Position numbers and translations under genes: made by a program. DNA of 64,000 bases, taken from assembly GCA_010093605.1 (NCBI GenBank), contig MU004199.1, forward strand, positions 496,001 to 560,000, given 5' to 3'. The notes under the pieces were generated by a model. It saw only the letters and a list, made by a program, of their open reading frames with translations, was not told the DNA's origin and searched no databases. The DNA is from Lophium mytilinum (taxonomy: Eukaryota). Numbering within the stretch: the first letter of the stretch is position 1; the number at the start of each line of letters is the position of its first letter. Shown here in pieces: positions 35,872 to 47,612 of the stretch.

Positions 35872-37275
35872 TCACGCCTGCTTCGCGGCCTTGCTTGCCT
35901 CCCCCGTCTCCGGTGTCCCAGCCTCAATATCAGTGAGCTTACGCGATGGCTCATGTCCGTGTAGCGTCAATCCGGTATGTGTGATGTCACCGAACGTGTA
36001 TGCCGACTCGCCATGGATGGCATCGTCGCCAATCATGAGTTCCTCCTCTGTCATGCGCAGCGGGATGCGCAACACATACTTGATGAAGAGCATGATGGCG
36101 GAGGTCCAGAAGGCATTCCATCCAACAACGAAACAGATTCCGGCCACCTGCCAGCCCAGCTGGACACCATGACCCGTGATGGCACCGCCAGAGGAGACGC
36201 ATGCGAAGGAAATGCAGCCCTTTGAGGTTGCGAAGATACCGGTGAGGAAGCCACCCAGCGCACCAGCAACAGCGTGGGTGTGGACAACGCCGAGGGTGTC
36301 GTCGACGATTTCGAAGAGGCGGAATTTCTTGCCGACTATGTTCATCGAGACCCATGGGATGCTGCCGGAGCAGAGGCCGATGATGACCGCACCCCAACCT
36401 GCGACGACACCGGCGGCGGGGGTGATGGCGACAAGGCCGGTGATCATGCCTTGAACTGCTCCAATGACTGAAGGCTTCTTGTAAACAAGAACATCGAGGA
36501 TCATCCAAGTCAAGAGACTCATTGAGGTGGTGATGTTGGTGTTAAGAACCGCGGCGCCTGCATCAGGACTTGCTGTGTATGGATCACCTCCGTTGAAGCC
36601 GTTCCAGCCGACCCAAAGGATACCCGCACCTGCAAGCATCATGAGGACGTTGTTAGGCACGAAGTTTTCGCGGTCGGATTTGAGGCGTGGCCCAATCCAG
36701 TATGCGCCGACAAAGCCAGCGGTACCAGAAGACAGGTGGATAACATAACCTCCGGAGTAATCGATAATGCCACGCTGGAACAGGAATCCGCCACCCCAAA
36801 TGCTGAAGGCACCGACGGTGTACGACAGTGTCAACCACAAAGGAACAAAGAAAACCCAGGCTTTGAAGCTCATGCGGCCTAGGAAAGCCCCGGCCATGAG
36901 GATGACGGTGATGGCGGCGAAGCAAAACTGGAAGTATACCATGGTCGACATGGGATAGGCGGCGGTGATGGCTGCGGCGGGGAGGATAGCTTGCGTAAGC
37001 TCGTACTCCATGCTAACCACGGGACCAGGGACGCCCACGAATGGAAGCATTTGCTTTCCAAATGCTGCTTTGTATGCGTATAGAACCCAGCAAACGAGGA
37101 CCATAGCGAACGCATACAAGCACATAAAAGCCGAGTTGATGACCCATTTCGTCTGGACCATGCCGCCATAGAGGATCATGAGGCCCGGGACGCTCTGTAG
37201 CGCGACCAAGCTCGCGGCGGTGAGCTGCCAGGCATTGTCACCATTGTTCAGCCAATCAGGCGCAGTGGCTGACAT
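35872..37275 (-). CDS. Ammonium transporter (Amt/MEP), plant-AMT2-like (MEP-alpha-type) sequence, intronless
   Basis: [74 protein letters not shown]. Confidence 0.93.
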   Translation of the reverse strand: MSATAPDWLNNGDNAWQLTAASLVALQSVPGLMILYGGMVQTKWVINSAFMCLYAFAMVLVCWVLYAYKAAFGKQMLPFVGVPGPVVSMEYELTQAILPAAAITAAYPMSTMVYFQFCFAAITVILMAGAFLGRMSFKAWVFFVPLWLTLSYTVGAFSIWGGGFLFQRGIIDYSGGYVIHLSSGTAGFVGAYWIGPRLKSDRENFVPNNVLMMLAGAGILWVGWNGFNGGDPYTASPDAGAAVLNTNITTSMSLLTWMILDVLVYKKPSVIGAVQGMITGLVAITPAAGVVAGWGAVIIGLCSGSIPWVSMNIVGKKFRLFEIVDDTLGVVHTHAVAGALGGFLTGIFATSKGCISFACVSSGGAITGHGVQLGWQVAGICFVVGWNAFWTSAIMLFIKYVLRIPLRMTEEELMIGDDAIHGESAYTFGDITHTGLTLHGHEPSRKLTDIEAGTPETGEASKAAKQA

Positions 37276-37604
37276 GGTGAAGGAATTGGGCACGTGGAAA
37301 AAGAGAGAGAAGCTCAGAGGGAGGGGTTGGAGTCGGGGCAGAAAAGTTCTCAACTTCGAGGCTGTACCTGCTTTATAGCTACCGGGCTACGGCGCCCACA
37401 TTGGCCAATAGTGACCCCCATGCGCTCGGTTGAAATTCCTACAAGAGGCTCTGAAAGCGGCGGGCGCTGCTGCGAGTGATCGTGCGGGCGTGCTCCCGGT
37501 GGTTCGACGTTAAGGCGTAAAGCTACGGATGCAAACGACACTCCGGAGTAGCGCGGCCGGTTGGAAGCTTGCCGGGCTTGCCAAGCCAGTGAGCGTTCAG
37601 TCCG

Positions 37605-37833
37605 TTATCTGTGGCTGGAGCTTATCTCTACGTCGAGCTGCCGGAATCCATTATTTGACGATATCCCCGCCTCGGCGGGAACCCCCAGACAAAGGGCCCA
37701 AGCCCGCGGGGCGTAGTGGTATGGAGGGCTTCTTGGCGGAAAACCCCTTGGCCAGAGGGGGATTTCAATGTGATCAGAAACGGAACATGCGTAAACGACA
37801 TGCTGATCTGTACTATTGAAGGTGCTGAGATAA
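37605..37833. promoter_or_regulatory. Clustered HGATAR sites (candidate AreA/Nit2 nitrogen control) upstream of the ammonium transporter
   Basis: TTATCT at 37605 and 37622, AGATAA at 37828; TATA-like element at ~37372-37378 on the minus strand. Confidence 0.45.
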
Positions 37834-39520
37834 GGGCGAGGGTGATGTACGACGTGTGCATGGGCACCCAGGCAGGTTGGCAGGGAGCGAACCGAACGAA
37901 TCAAGCGGGGCCTGTGCTTCATTTCCCCAGCACCCCAGCTTACGATATTGCACGGTCTCTTGTAGCTGTTGGCTGCTCGCCGTCGCGCTCATTTCCGTGT
38001 AGCTTGATTGTATTTGTAAAAGCATTCATGCCGCCGCCGTCATGATAGTGGAGCGTGGAGAGAGCGCTCGCTAGGTATACGGGGTCCAGATCCAGCGGTC
38101 ATGCATATGGGCGATGCCATCGAGGGCTCGCGACTTGATACGCCGAGCAAAGCGGTTGGCTGAAGCTAGAAACCGACTCGTTCGTATGACCCATTTGGGG
38201 TCCATTTTGGCGCGGAGCTAGAACGTGGAGTGCAGTGTTGTGGTTGGCGTCTGAAGGCTATCCTGCAAGTTCCCGCCCGCCTAACGACCGCGGACCTGGA
38301 AGTACCCAAGAACCAGGACGTGTGGACGCCATGGTGCGTTGCTAGTTCAGTAGAGATAGCCGCGGGCCCTAGAAATCATCAGTGTTACTCATGCAGATAA
38401 GAGCCGGTCCTGTGGTTGACGGTTCTTTGAGCCGTCATCGACATCATCTTGCCCTCGAATGTCTCGTCGAATGAGCCTTGCAAGGCTCATGAGATGTGGG
38501 AGCTTCCCCTAGACAGATACTTGACCCATACGAGAAATCGAGCAAGATCTCATGAATCTGCAACGGGGTTGATTCCGGAATGGTCAAGATTGTTCAGCAT
38601 TGCCATGAACCGTGGTGATGGGCGCCCATGTGATCGCGGGGCGCAGCTCCTGACTGGGAGGTGTGCAGCCTTATCCGGCGGATATGGTGGTACGAGAACT
38701 CATGTGTCAAAGCGGCCGGCGCTCGCTTAGCATTCAGGGTCTACAGACGTCGCAAATGGGATCAGCTCCTGGTCATAGTAGTGTCTTTGGAGACGAGGTA
38801 TAGAAGACTTACAAGAAATGGTCTTTCTAAGGCTGGGGATGGTCAACTTAAGGATTTCGTCCCAGCTTTACCAAGAGGGACGGATCGCTTGGCTTTCTTG
38901 GCAGTCTCCGCCATCGGACCCGCTCAAATGCACGTGCATCACGAGCCGGCGGGCGCCAACGGCCCGTTTCATTAATGATGTGACCGTAGTACTTTGCGAG
39001 ATACACCAGGGGTTTGAGGTTTCAGACTTCCACAGTGACTTCAGGTGAATCCTTCGATGAAGTATTGTTAATGTTGCAGAACTGTACCATGTAATCCTCT
39101 TTCCCCTGAATCGCTGTTCTGCATTCCAGCCCATCAAACCAGTTCTACGGATGATTTGCAGCCCACTAGTAATTCAAAAGGCCCGAAGCCCTGGTTGAGG
39201 CTATGCGATCCTGCGTCCTAATACATCCTAAGATCTGATTCTCACCTTTCAAGGTAGACGTCAATGGCGAATGCCCCTATTCAGATTCTAAAAAAGGGGT
39301 CGTAGGATTTCTAGTGCTGAGGTAAGGAGCACTCCTCATAGTGGGCAGACCGAATAGGGACATAGGCTCCCTGGGCTTGTTCTCGGAGTGGGGTCTGGTG
39401 AAGGAGTCGTTGAATCGTAAAGTGTCTGCAAGCTTCGCCTCTCGCACTTTCCCATCTACCTAAAGATTGATCATCTCCAGTTCGACTCGATGTCACTCTG
39501 CTCCCATACACACACCTACG

Positions 39521-40374
39521 ATGTCTTCCAGTGCTAACGAAAAGCCAACAATCGTCGTCGTCCAAGGTTCCTTCCAAACACCAGACGTCTACAAATCCCT
39601 TCGAGATGGTCTCGAGACCCTCGGCTATTCAACCATCCACCCCAACCTACCAAGTCTAACGAACCAAGACCACCCCGACTTCGCAAAGAAGAACATAATC
39701 GACGATGCTCTCGCAATCCGCGTTGAGCTGATCCGCCAGATCGAGTACGAGCGCAAGACCGTGGTCCTCGTAATGCACTCCTACGGCGGCCTCGTCGGAA
39801 GCGAAGCCGTGCCCGAAGAGCTCAGCTACACATACCGACAAGCGAGAGGACTACCAGGAGGCGTGGTCCACCTCTTCTACTTCAGCGCCTTTATTCTCGC
39901 GGAAGACCAGTCTGTTCTCGGCGTGTTTGGCGAGTCCACTAGAGAAGATATCAGGGTGAGTCTGTTCGCCGATCTTTCCCGTTGTTCCGCTAGTCCGCCA
40001 CTATATATACTGACCACATCCCGTAGCCGGACGGCACCTATTGCATAAAGAACGCGGCTGAGGTTCTTTATAACGATCTTCCGGATGCCGACGCGAAGCT
40101 CTGGGAATCGCGACTTGTCTACCAATCCTACGCCGTTAATAAGACGAAGCTCACACGCGCCGCATACCGCTACATCCCATCCACCTATCTCGTCTGTGAG
40201 AACGACAAAGCAGCGCCACCACAATATCAAGAAAGTTTCGCGGCAAGCGCGGGCGCAACAGTAAACAGGTGTGCTGCAGGACATTCTGCAATGTTAAGTC
40301 ACACCGACATGCTCGCCAGCAAGATTGCAGCGGTTGCAGATAAAGCCATAAGCTCAGCAGTACCGAAATCCTAG
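39521..40374 (+). CDS. Alpha/beta hydrolase (Abhydrolase_6-like), 2 exons
   Basis: VVVQGSFQ, VLVMHSYGGLVG nucleophile elbow, STYLVCENDKA, AGHSAML; intron ~39956-40027. Confidence 0.88.
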
Positions 40375-40386
40375 ACTGTGTCTTAT

Positions 40387-41030
40387 TCACAATCTGTACG
40401 CCGCTATGAGGTCGAAATCTGAAAATTGCCGAAACAAGTTCACGATAGGTAGAAAAAGATATTTCCCTTCCCAGGGTTCCGACACCTTTTCCGCTTCTGC
40501 TTGATCTCTGGCCCATTTCGCGACCTCGCTCCATTGTATCCATTGCCACATAGCGCACTTTTCAGGCTCCATTGCCTGCGATGGTATCAACATTAGTAAT
40601 GATCGCAGATTATCTACGAAATCTGGGTACAAGCAGGCACACGTACAATAGGTTCTCTGCTCTCCCCTACGATTGTAGCTCCCACAAAAACAGTCACGTA
40701 ATGCCGTCCCGCCTCGGGCATATAGTCGTTCGTCGTCGCTAGGAGCTGCACGTGGCCGATCTCGAGCCCGGTTTCCTCGACCACCTCCCGTTTAGCGCAA
40801 GAGTCGAAGCTTTCGCCGTACTCGAAATGGCCGCCGGGTAGGGCCCATGTGCCTGGTAACGCCGAGTTATAAGCATAAATCGGTGGGCGGGTGCATTAAT
40901 GTGAAGACGGAAGCGATAGTTCCGGGGAAAACTTACCAGCACCATGGCTGCCCTGTCGCTGACCCATGATCACTCGCCCTTGGCTGTCTAGGATAATCAC
41001 TGCGACGCCTATTTGCGGGCTTGGGCCCAT
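40387..41030 (-). CDS. Nudix hydrolase (NUDT15/MTH2-like), 3 exons
   Basis: Spliced product QRQGSHGAG|TWALPGGHFEYGESFDSCAKREVVEETGL (Nudix box) ...HYVTVFV|AMEPEKCAMWQW; not captured whole by the ORF track. Confidence 0.87.
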
Positions 41031-41646
41031 AGTTGCGTGAGATGGCGCGCGGGTTGTTGAGACGGTAAAGATGTCCATGGTGTAGAGAGCGAGGTGTGGA
41101 TTTATGAACGGCGGTTTGAGTCATGGAGAGCCCCGCTTGAGGATCTACGCCTTGGTGCCTGGTATCACTCGCTTCCCTTATTTTTACATGCTCCGCCTTC
41201 TCCTAACTTGCATCCATGTTCTCCTGGAATCCGCCCTCGGGATAAATGCGCCTTGCCTTCAATGATGATATCTAAGCACTCTTGGCTTTGACGTAGTTTG
41301 ATCTGGATTTGGGCTAGGGTACTAAGAGTAAGTAGGTAAGCTCGGTAATTAAAATATACCGATTTAGTCCGCTCTTTTACCCCTCATCTCAACCACCTCC
41401 AGTCACGTGATTTTCATCTCTCCTCGGATTGGTAGTTTGATATCATCCATATTCTCCGGGCCGTTCCGGCCCGTTCTTCTCTCAAGCCGATCTTATTCTT
41501 AAAAGCGGGACCTCAGACCCGCAAAGTTTTTCTGGCTTAAGACAACGCTCCTCCTAAAATCAAAATCCGTACGGTCCACTCCGAGTCCATCCGGCTGAAG
41601 TGGAGAACATGGAAGTCGATTACAAAGGCTTAAAACGGTCATGCTA

Positions 41647-41868
41647 CAGTACTGGATTTTAGATTTAGGCACACGAATATCACACTCCTTGAGCTCCACT
41701 CTTGCTCACCTAACACCACCGTAAAGGGTGCCCCGGCTGTTTATCAGTTATCTCAACAGGTATTTGATTTCCACTGGGTTGGCCATTGAATAAAATTTGG
41801 GAATATAACGACCTATGGGAGTACCTCGTTGAGTTGCAAGAGCTGCCTAAACTTATGTCTTGGTACCG
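41647..41868. mobile_element. MITE family B copy 2 (222 bp), Tc1-like
   Basis: TA|cagtactggattttagatttaggcac ... ctgcctaaacttatgtcttggtaccg|CA; shares gtacctcg...tgcctaaac..atgtcttggta and cactcctt..gctccac with 31024-31246. Confidence 0.7.
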
Positions 41869-42618
41869 CACTATGTCTAGCAAGTCAAATACGAGGACAA
41901 AAGCTACCATCAATATCCCAGGCCCTTCAAAAGACTCAGATATTGTTGAGTGCAAGCTCCAAATCGAAGGACGAGAATAATGGCAAAAGGTGAATGCTAT
42001 CGCTCGATCCTAGAATTTTCAACTTTCAACCGGCTACTACTCGTTCGAGACAAATCATCGCCCAATGATGGCCAAGGATAGAAATCATACACCTAAATGG
42101 ACCACACGTTCAGAACCTCAGTTTGCGTACACACATCGGCCACTCCCGAGGTGGCTCGCCTCCGTATCAGCCAAAGTTCGGGCTCGGGACCACGGAAAGT
42201 GATTTAAAAAGCTTCAGCCAGTTCCATACGATTGCCAGTAGACAATTAGTACACTGGATGTTTCCAGCCCAATTCTCAGATCATACTAGTCATATGCTGA
42301 TCTCATAATTGGGCTTGGAGTTATGGTTTTCTCATATTCAAGAGCTGGTCCTGAACACAGTAGGTCGTCATTATCAAAGCTGGGCCTCAAACTTCGCTTC
42401 TTCGGGACGATAACGAATAGACATAGCCAGAAAAAGTCGTACAAGGAACGCAGAAACTGCATCTAAACACACGAGTCATACAAAGTCCACGCCGATCGAC
42501 TAATGACTCGATCATAGGGCGCAGATGACAAACGTAGATATATCTCTCAACTATATATTGAACTTTCTCTCTATAGCAACCACAATATTCCATCCCTCTT
42601 CCACAAAGATCAACCACA

Positions 42619-43473
42619 ATGGCCCTACCCTCCCTCGCCACCCACCACACCCTCATCAATTCCACCCGCATCGCCTACGGCATCTACGGCACCGGCCCCC
42701 CCATCGTCCTGATCCACGGTACCCCCTCCTCCTCCCTCATCTTCCGCCACATCCTCCCCCACCTAACCCCCAACTACCGCGTCCACCTCTTCGACCTCCT
42801 CGGCTACGGCCTCTCCGAGCGGCCCTGGGACCCCTCCATCGACACCTCCATCTCCGGCCAAGTCCCCATCCTCGAAGGCCTCCTCACGCACTGGAAGCTC
42901 GACTCCGCACACATCGTCGCCCACGACATCGGCGGCGGCATCGCGCAGCGCTTCGCCGTCTTCTCCCCCGCACGCGTGCGGTCGCTAACCCTCATCGATG
43001 TCGTGAGTTTCGACAGCTACCCGTCGGCGCGGACGAAGGCGCAGATGACGAACGGGCTCGAGACGCTTATTAAAGCTCCGAGCGAGGATCATGATGCGCA
43101 TTTTAGGGAGTGGTTGCTGTCTACCGTGCATGCGCCTGAGAGACTCGCGGGGGAGGTGTTGGAGACGTATATGGCGTATATTAGTGGTCCGGTGGGGCAG
43201 GGGAGTTTCTTCCAGCATCAGGTGCGGCATTATGATCCGAAGCATACGATGGAGATTGTGGAGCGGGTGGGGGAGTTGGGGAGGTTGCCGGTGAAGTTAA
43301 TTTGGGGTAAGGATGATAAGTGGCAGGTTGTTGATTGGGCGTATAGGTTGAATAACGCAATTTCGGGGTCGGAATTGGATGTTATTGAGGATTGTGGGCA
43401 TTTCTCGCCGGAGGATCAGCCGGAGAAGGTGGCGGGGGTTTTGGTGGGGTTTTTGAAGAGGCATACGAAATAA
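42619..43473 (+). CDS. Alpha/beta hydrolase with Asp nucleophile (epoxide hydrolase/dehalogenase-like), intronless
   Basis: IVLIHGTP, FDLLGYGLS, IVAHDIGG, LIWGKDD, CGHFSPED. Confidence 0.9.
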   Translation: MALPSLATHHTLINSTRIAYGIYGTGPPIVLIHGTPSSSLIFRHILPHLTPNYRVHLFDLLGYGLSERPWDPSIDTSISGQVPILEGLLTHWKLDSAHIVAHDIGGGIAQRFAVFSPARVRSLTLIDVVSFDSYPSARTKAQMTNGLETLIKAPSEDHDAHFREWLLSTVHAPERLAGEVLETYMAYISGPVGQGSFFQHQVRHYDPKHTMEIVERVGELGRLPVKLIWGKDDKWQVVDWAYRLNNAISGSELDVIEDCGHFSPEDQPEKVAGVLVGFLKRHTK

Positions 43474-43729
43474 ATTATTGAGTTATAGGTGTTTTTTGGA
43501 GGAAGAGAGGACTGGAACTGTTGTAGTCAGCAGTCTGGAAGGCAGTTGCATTCGCTACAGTCTGCGATATCAGGCCTGTATCCTAATTCTCTTGTTTGCT
43601 CAATAATGTGTCCTGGGGTGGCCCGTAAGGTAACATGTCGACCACGAGCACTTGAGAACAGCTCCACTTCATACCGCGCGAGCTTTACCTTTCATCCAGA
43701 AACTCCAAATTCTCAAATTTCAGAGCTAA

Positions 43730-44581
43730 TCATTCGCCTTCATCTACCTCTCCCTTTCCATGTCTATACTCTGTCAGCACTCTCATAAGAGTAGTAAGCC
43801 TCTCAACATCATCATACGCCCCCGGATTAATACTATTCCGAACCACAATAGAAGCAGTCTCCGCCCAGTCTTCCGGAACCTCAAGCGGCTTCAATCCCTC
43901 CAAAATCACATCCAAATCCTCTCTACACGGCTCCGCATACCCGTACCACCAGCGTGGGATATGCGTCAAAAGCGCCAGAGCCATCGGCATAGCAAATCCA
44001 CCACCAAACAGCCCTGCCACACGCTTACACGCCACGAGAATCGCCTCCGGGCTTCCGCTGCACTCCTTCAGAGACCCGAGACCCGCCTCGTACAGTCGAT
44101 GAAGCGCCACGGCTTTATAGCCCACCCCTCGAATCACCCCGTGCGCGAGGTACTCATGATCCCCGGCTTCCTCGAGCTCTGGTAGTAGGTGAGGGATATG
44201 CCATATCTTGACGCCATCCCCTAGCACCTTCGTGTCTATCATAGCCAAGTAGGTCCCGGCGGTAAGCTCGACGTATTCAAGCGCTGCTTCTAACGACGCA
44301 GCCCAGGAACTGAATTCGGTCAGGGGAACATGGCAGCCTGTCCAATCAGAGCGTTTTGTGCCCCGGTAGTGATACCGTGCCATTGCGACCAAATCTTTGA
44401 AGGTCAGCTCGTAGATATCGTGGTGGCCTAAGCCGCGGTTGAAGGCATGCGGGCAGACTTGGTCGATGTTGTTGAGGCCGGCTTCGCCGCCGCCGGACGT
44501 GGGCGACCAGATGCGGAAGAGGTATCTGGGGATGTGGTTGGTTCGAAGGTGTTCGAGCCTGGTTTTGTTGCGGGAGTCCAT
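43730..44581 (-). CDS. Fungal DUF7587-like protein; possible ADP-ribosyltransferase fold
   Basis: PRYLFRIWS...TEFSSWAASL...HEYLAHGVI; start MDSRNK assumed (the ORF extends to 44809). Confidence 0.65.
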   Translation of the reverse strand: MDSRNKTRLEHLRTNHIPRYLFRIWSPTSGGGEAGLNNIDQVCPHAFNRGLGHHDIYELTFKDLVAMARYHYRGTKRSDWTGCHVPLTEFSSWAASLEAALEYVELTAGTYLAMIDTKVLGDGVKIWHIPHLLPELEEAGDHEYLAHGVIRGVGYKAVALHRLYEAGLGSLKECSGSPEAILVACKRVAGLFGGGFAMPMALALLTHIPRWWYGYAEPCREDLDVILEGLKPLEVPEDWAETASIVVRNSINPGAYDDVERLTTLMRVLTEYRHGKGEVDEGE

Positions 44582-45332
44582 TGGTTGGCTGAGGCGGAGG
44601 AAGTCGTAGTTGCATTTTGGGGGGAGAGCTTCCCGGGGAGCTGCTAAGTGAGAGTGGTTGCTAAAGATTTGCGTGTGTGTGGCGGCCCAAACTTTGATGC
44701 CTTTTTGCTTATCTCTTGCAAACATCGCCTCGACCTTACTATTCTTTATATGTAAGTATTGCCTTGCATCGACCAAGAGTGCACGGCCCCGGTAGATATC
44801 AACATACAAGACTGAACTATGAGTTTGAGCCCATGGATGTGATGATGCTTAAGCTTATCTCGGCTCTTTCTTGATCAACACCGCTGTTAGGAGTAACCCA
44901 GCAGATAACGAGTGAGTCGAATAGCAGCTCAACTGCCTTAGCAATGAATTTGACAGGTGGTAAAAATCCAAAGCTATGATGCACCTCGAGAAGTGGTAAA
45001 AGAAAGTATACCCATATAGTGAATTCCACGGAACAAGGAGCTGTAGGCCGTGGACGTGACGTATTGGATGATGGTAATGTAGGAGAGAAGAGGTCTGAAG
45101 GAAGGTGAGGCAATACACAGGAAGTAACGTACGCCTGCCTGCCGCAGCCCTCGCCGCTACTCCCTAACAGTGACAAGACGCCGGGGTAGCGAGTGTGAAA
45201 TGGCATTCGAACGCAAATCGCAGTGAATAACAAACTTTGGACAATGTCGAAAGAATGACGCGGAAAGTGGCCAAGGGAATGCGTCTAGATGAAACAGAAA
45301 GATCGTAATGTAGCATGCCATCAGCTTCGTGC

Positions 45333-47612
45333 TCATCTGTCGAAAGCTCCATCGGCATCTCGAGTGCCGCCGTATAGAATGCCTGCTTTAACCTCTGTGA
45401 CTTCTTTGCTTGAGAAGCCAAGACTTCCAAATCCATTTTGCGTCTTCAAAACTCCCCATTGAACGGGCTTGAGATGAGCATCAACCTCCTCGGTGTCTGC
45501 CTCATGATGGCAAGACGCTGCTATGGATGCGCTACAGCTGCTTGCGACAGGCTGGCCAAGAGACTCGAAGCATTTGCAGCCTGTCAAGAAAGCAGTAACA
45601 ACCATGATCCATCCAACAATAATGACTGCCAAGATTCCAATTGGAGAATAAGCACAGGTTAGGATATTTTGCGTATAGCGATAGTGCCACGAAACTGGTA
45701 CTCGATTGAGTGTCTCTTGTTTATAAACGTGCATGTTTACCAAGTAGATCGACTGAGACGTCAGCCAGTGGAGAAGCGCAGACGTTGCCATCAATGGAAT
45801 CCCGAAGCGGTAAGGGAGTTGGAGGAAATACGACGTCTTCTGCGATCCTTTCGGAACTTCGGAGAGACGCAAACCCTTGCGCTTAAGAGCATATGTACTC
45901 CATTCGTACGCGACCATCATGCAGGTGAGCAGCCATTGTAGGAGAAATAAATCAATGATAGGATGACTTGCGGAGAATTGGCGACGAGCACTTGAAAAAG
46001 AAAGCCTGGGGTGCCCTGCTTTACATTGTCATCCATGTCTCCCGGGTAAGCTATGAAGGTTCTTGGGTCTGGGGAGCCTAATCCATTACTCCAAAGGGTG
46101 CCAAATCTGAGGCTTGGGATTTGTCTCATTCCGTATATGAACAAGAATATACATAGGCCGATGGCAGAGACATAGAGAGCAATGCAGAATATCCATCTCT
46201 TGCGACTGACAGCTGTGAACCAGCGTTGGCGCTTCAGTGTCAGTTGATATGCTGACGTGTGCCACGGATGCTCCTGTTTGGAATGGTTGACAAAGTAACT
46301 TTTCCCAGAAGCACTCAGGCCTTTAGTATACGGATCGGAATCTTCGAGGTATGTCGATATAGCGTCTCCGATCGTAAGCAGTGGACCATTACGAGTTCTC
46401 CTGGCGACACCAATCATTATAGCCGCCTTGACAACGTTCATCGCAATGACAACTAGCATGAGAGGCAGGCTAATGCAGATCTTGCAGTGACGTGGCGCGG
46501 ATTTGCTGAGGCAATGCGAGACTTCGTAGCGCCAGACGACCCATTCGCTGGGATTATCTGTTACTCTGTTGAGCTCTTTGCCCATACAGGGGGTTGCAAC
46601 TTGGTAATCATCCACGCTTTCCGGCCGATCGGCTTGGCATATCCATTGGAATGGATCGTATTCCCAGCCTTTAAATAAGTGCCGGGTCATGGGGTAGTCC
46701 CAATCCATTTCAAGCACGGGGTCATCGCCGTCGCTAACGCTCGAATTCTTTGATACCAGTAGGAGGCTGCTGTAGACCGTCTGATAGCCCTTGGTCCACG
46801 CGTCGATGCAAGCCTTGTTATCGAGTCTGTCCAACTTGTCCGCAACGGCATAAACTTGCATGTCGTGGACTAATGCTCGCTCGTATTTGCCTTCATCGGA
46901 GTCCCAATCGGCTACCTCGAAAAGCCCGTGAAGCCTAGAATTATTCAGGGACGCATTTCCTAGGAAGGACTCATCTACAAGAATGACTGGGTAGGCGCTC
47001 ACTGCAACACTGGAGAATATGGCGGAATTGTAACTGGAAAGAAGATCAGGGGCTGCACAGGCGGGTGCTGATTGAAACCTACAAAAGATGCAGTGGTAAT
47101 GAACTGAAAGCCAAGCAAGACCACAGAAGGACTCGCTCTTTGCTTATGTACTTCAGGTTTCGAGTACTTGGAATACCAATATCAAGCCAGATAGACCTTG
47201 CGTGTGCTGCATCGACCTCGCTTCGTGTCGGTGCACTCAGCACTTGCATAACAAAGTTGCTGCCTGACAAGAGCACAGTCCCGAGCACGTTGACCATAAT
47301 GTGCATGAGCGTGCCGATAGATCGTGATGTCGAACATTTGCCTTCATACAAAGTCCCTTGCCAGTCTAAGAACCTTGGTCCGAGAGCCACTCCAATTGTG
47401 AAGACGACATTGATCAGCAGGACTACCACCGCAGATCCAGCATTAATTGCTACTGTCGATCGCCATCCAGTCGTGTATCTCTTCTGCCAAGCAAAGTACC
47501 TCGTAGAGGCTGTTGAGTATTGTGATCTGACTTGAGACGTCCAGTGGTCTTTCGCCTCATTTTCCGGGTCCCACGATGACAAAAGTGTGCGGGAAGCTTC
47601 AATCTCTGGCAT
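45333..47612 (-). CDS. DUF6536-like multi-pass membrane protein; one intron and an apparent 1-nt frameshift at ~45932
   Basis: LLSGSNFVMQVLSAPTRSEVD..H..WLDIGIPSTRNL, SSLPLHLL|YNS, ANSPQVILSLIYFSYNG, YFLQLPYRF, SSCSASIAASCH; intron ~47035-47082. Confidence 0.8.

Noticed and set aside
39521..47612. Possible secondary-metabolite cluster (hydrolases, membrane protein, nearby asaB-like gene)
   Set aside because: No PKS, NRPS, terpene synthase or other backbone gene is present in the window.
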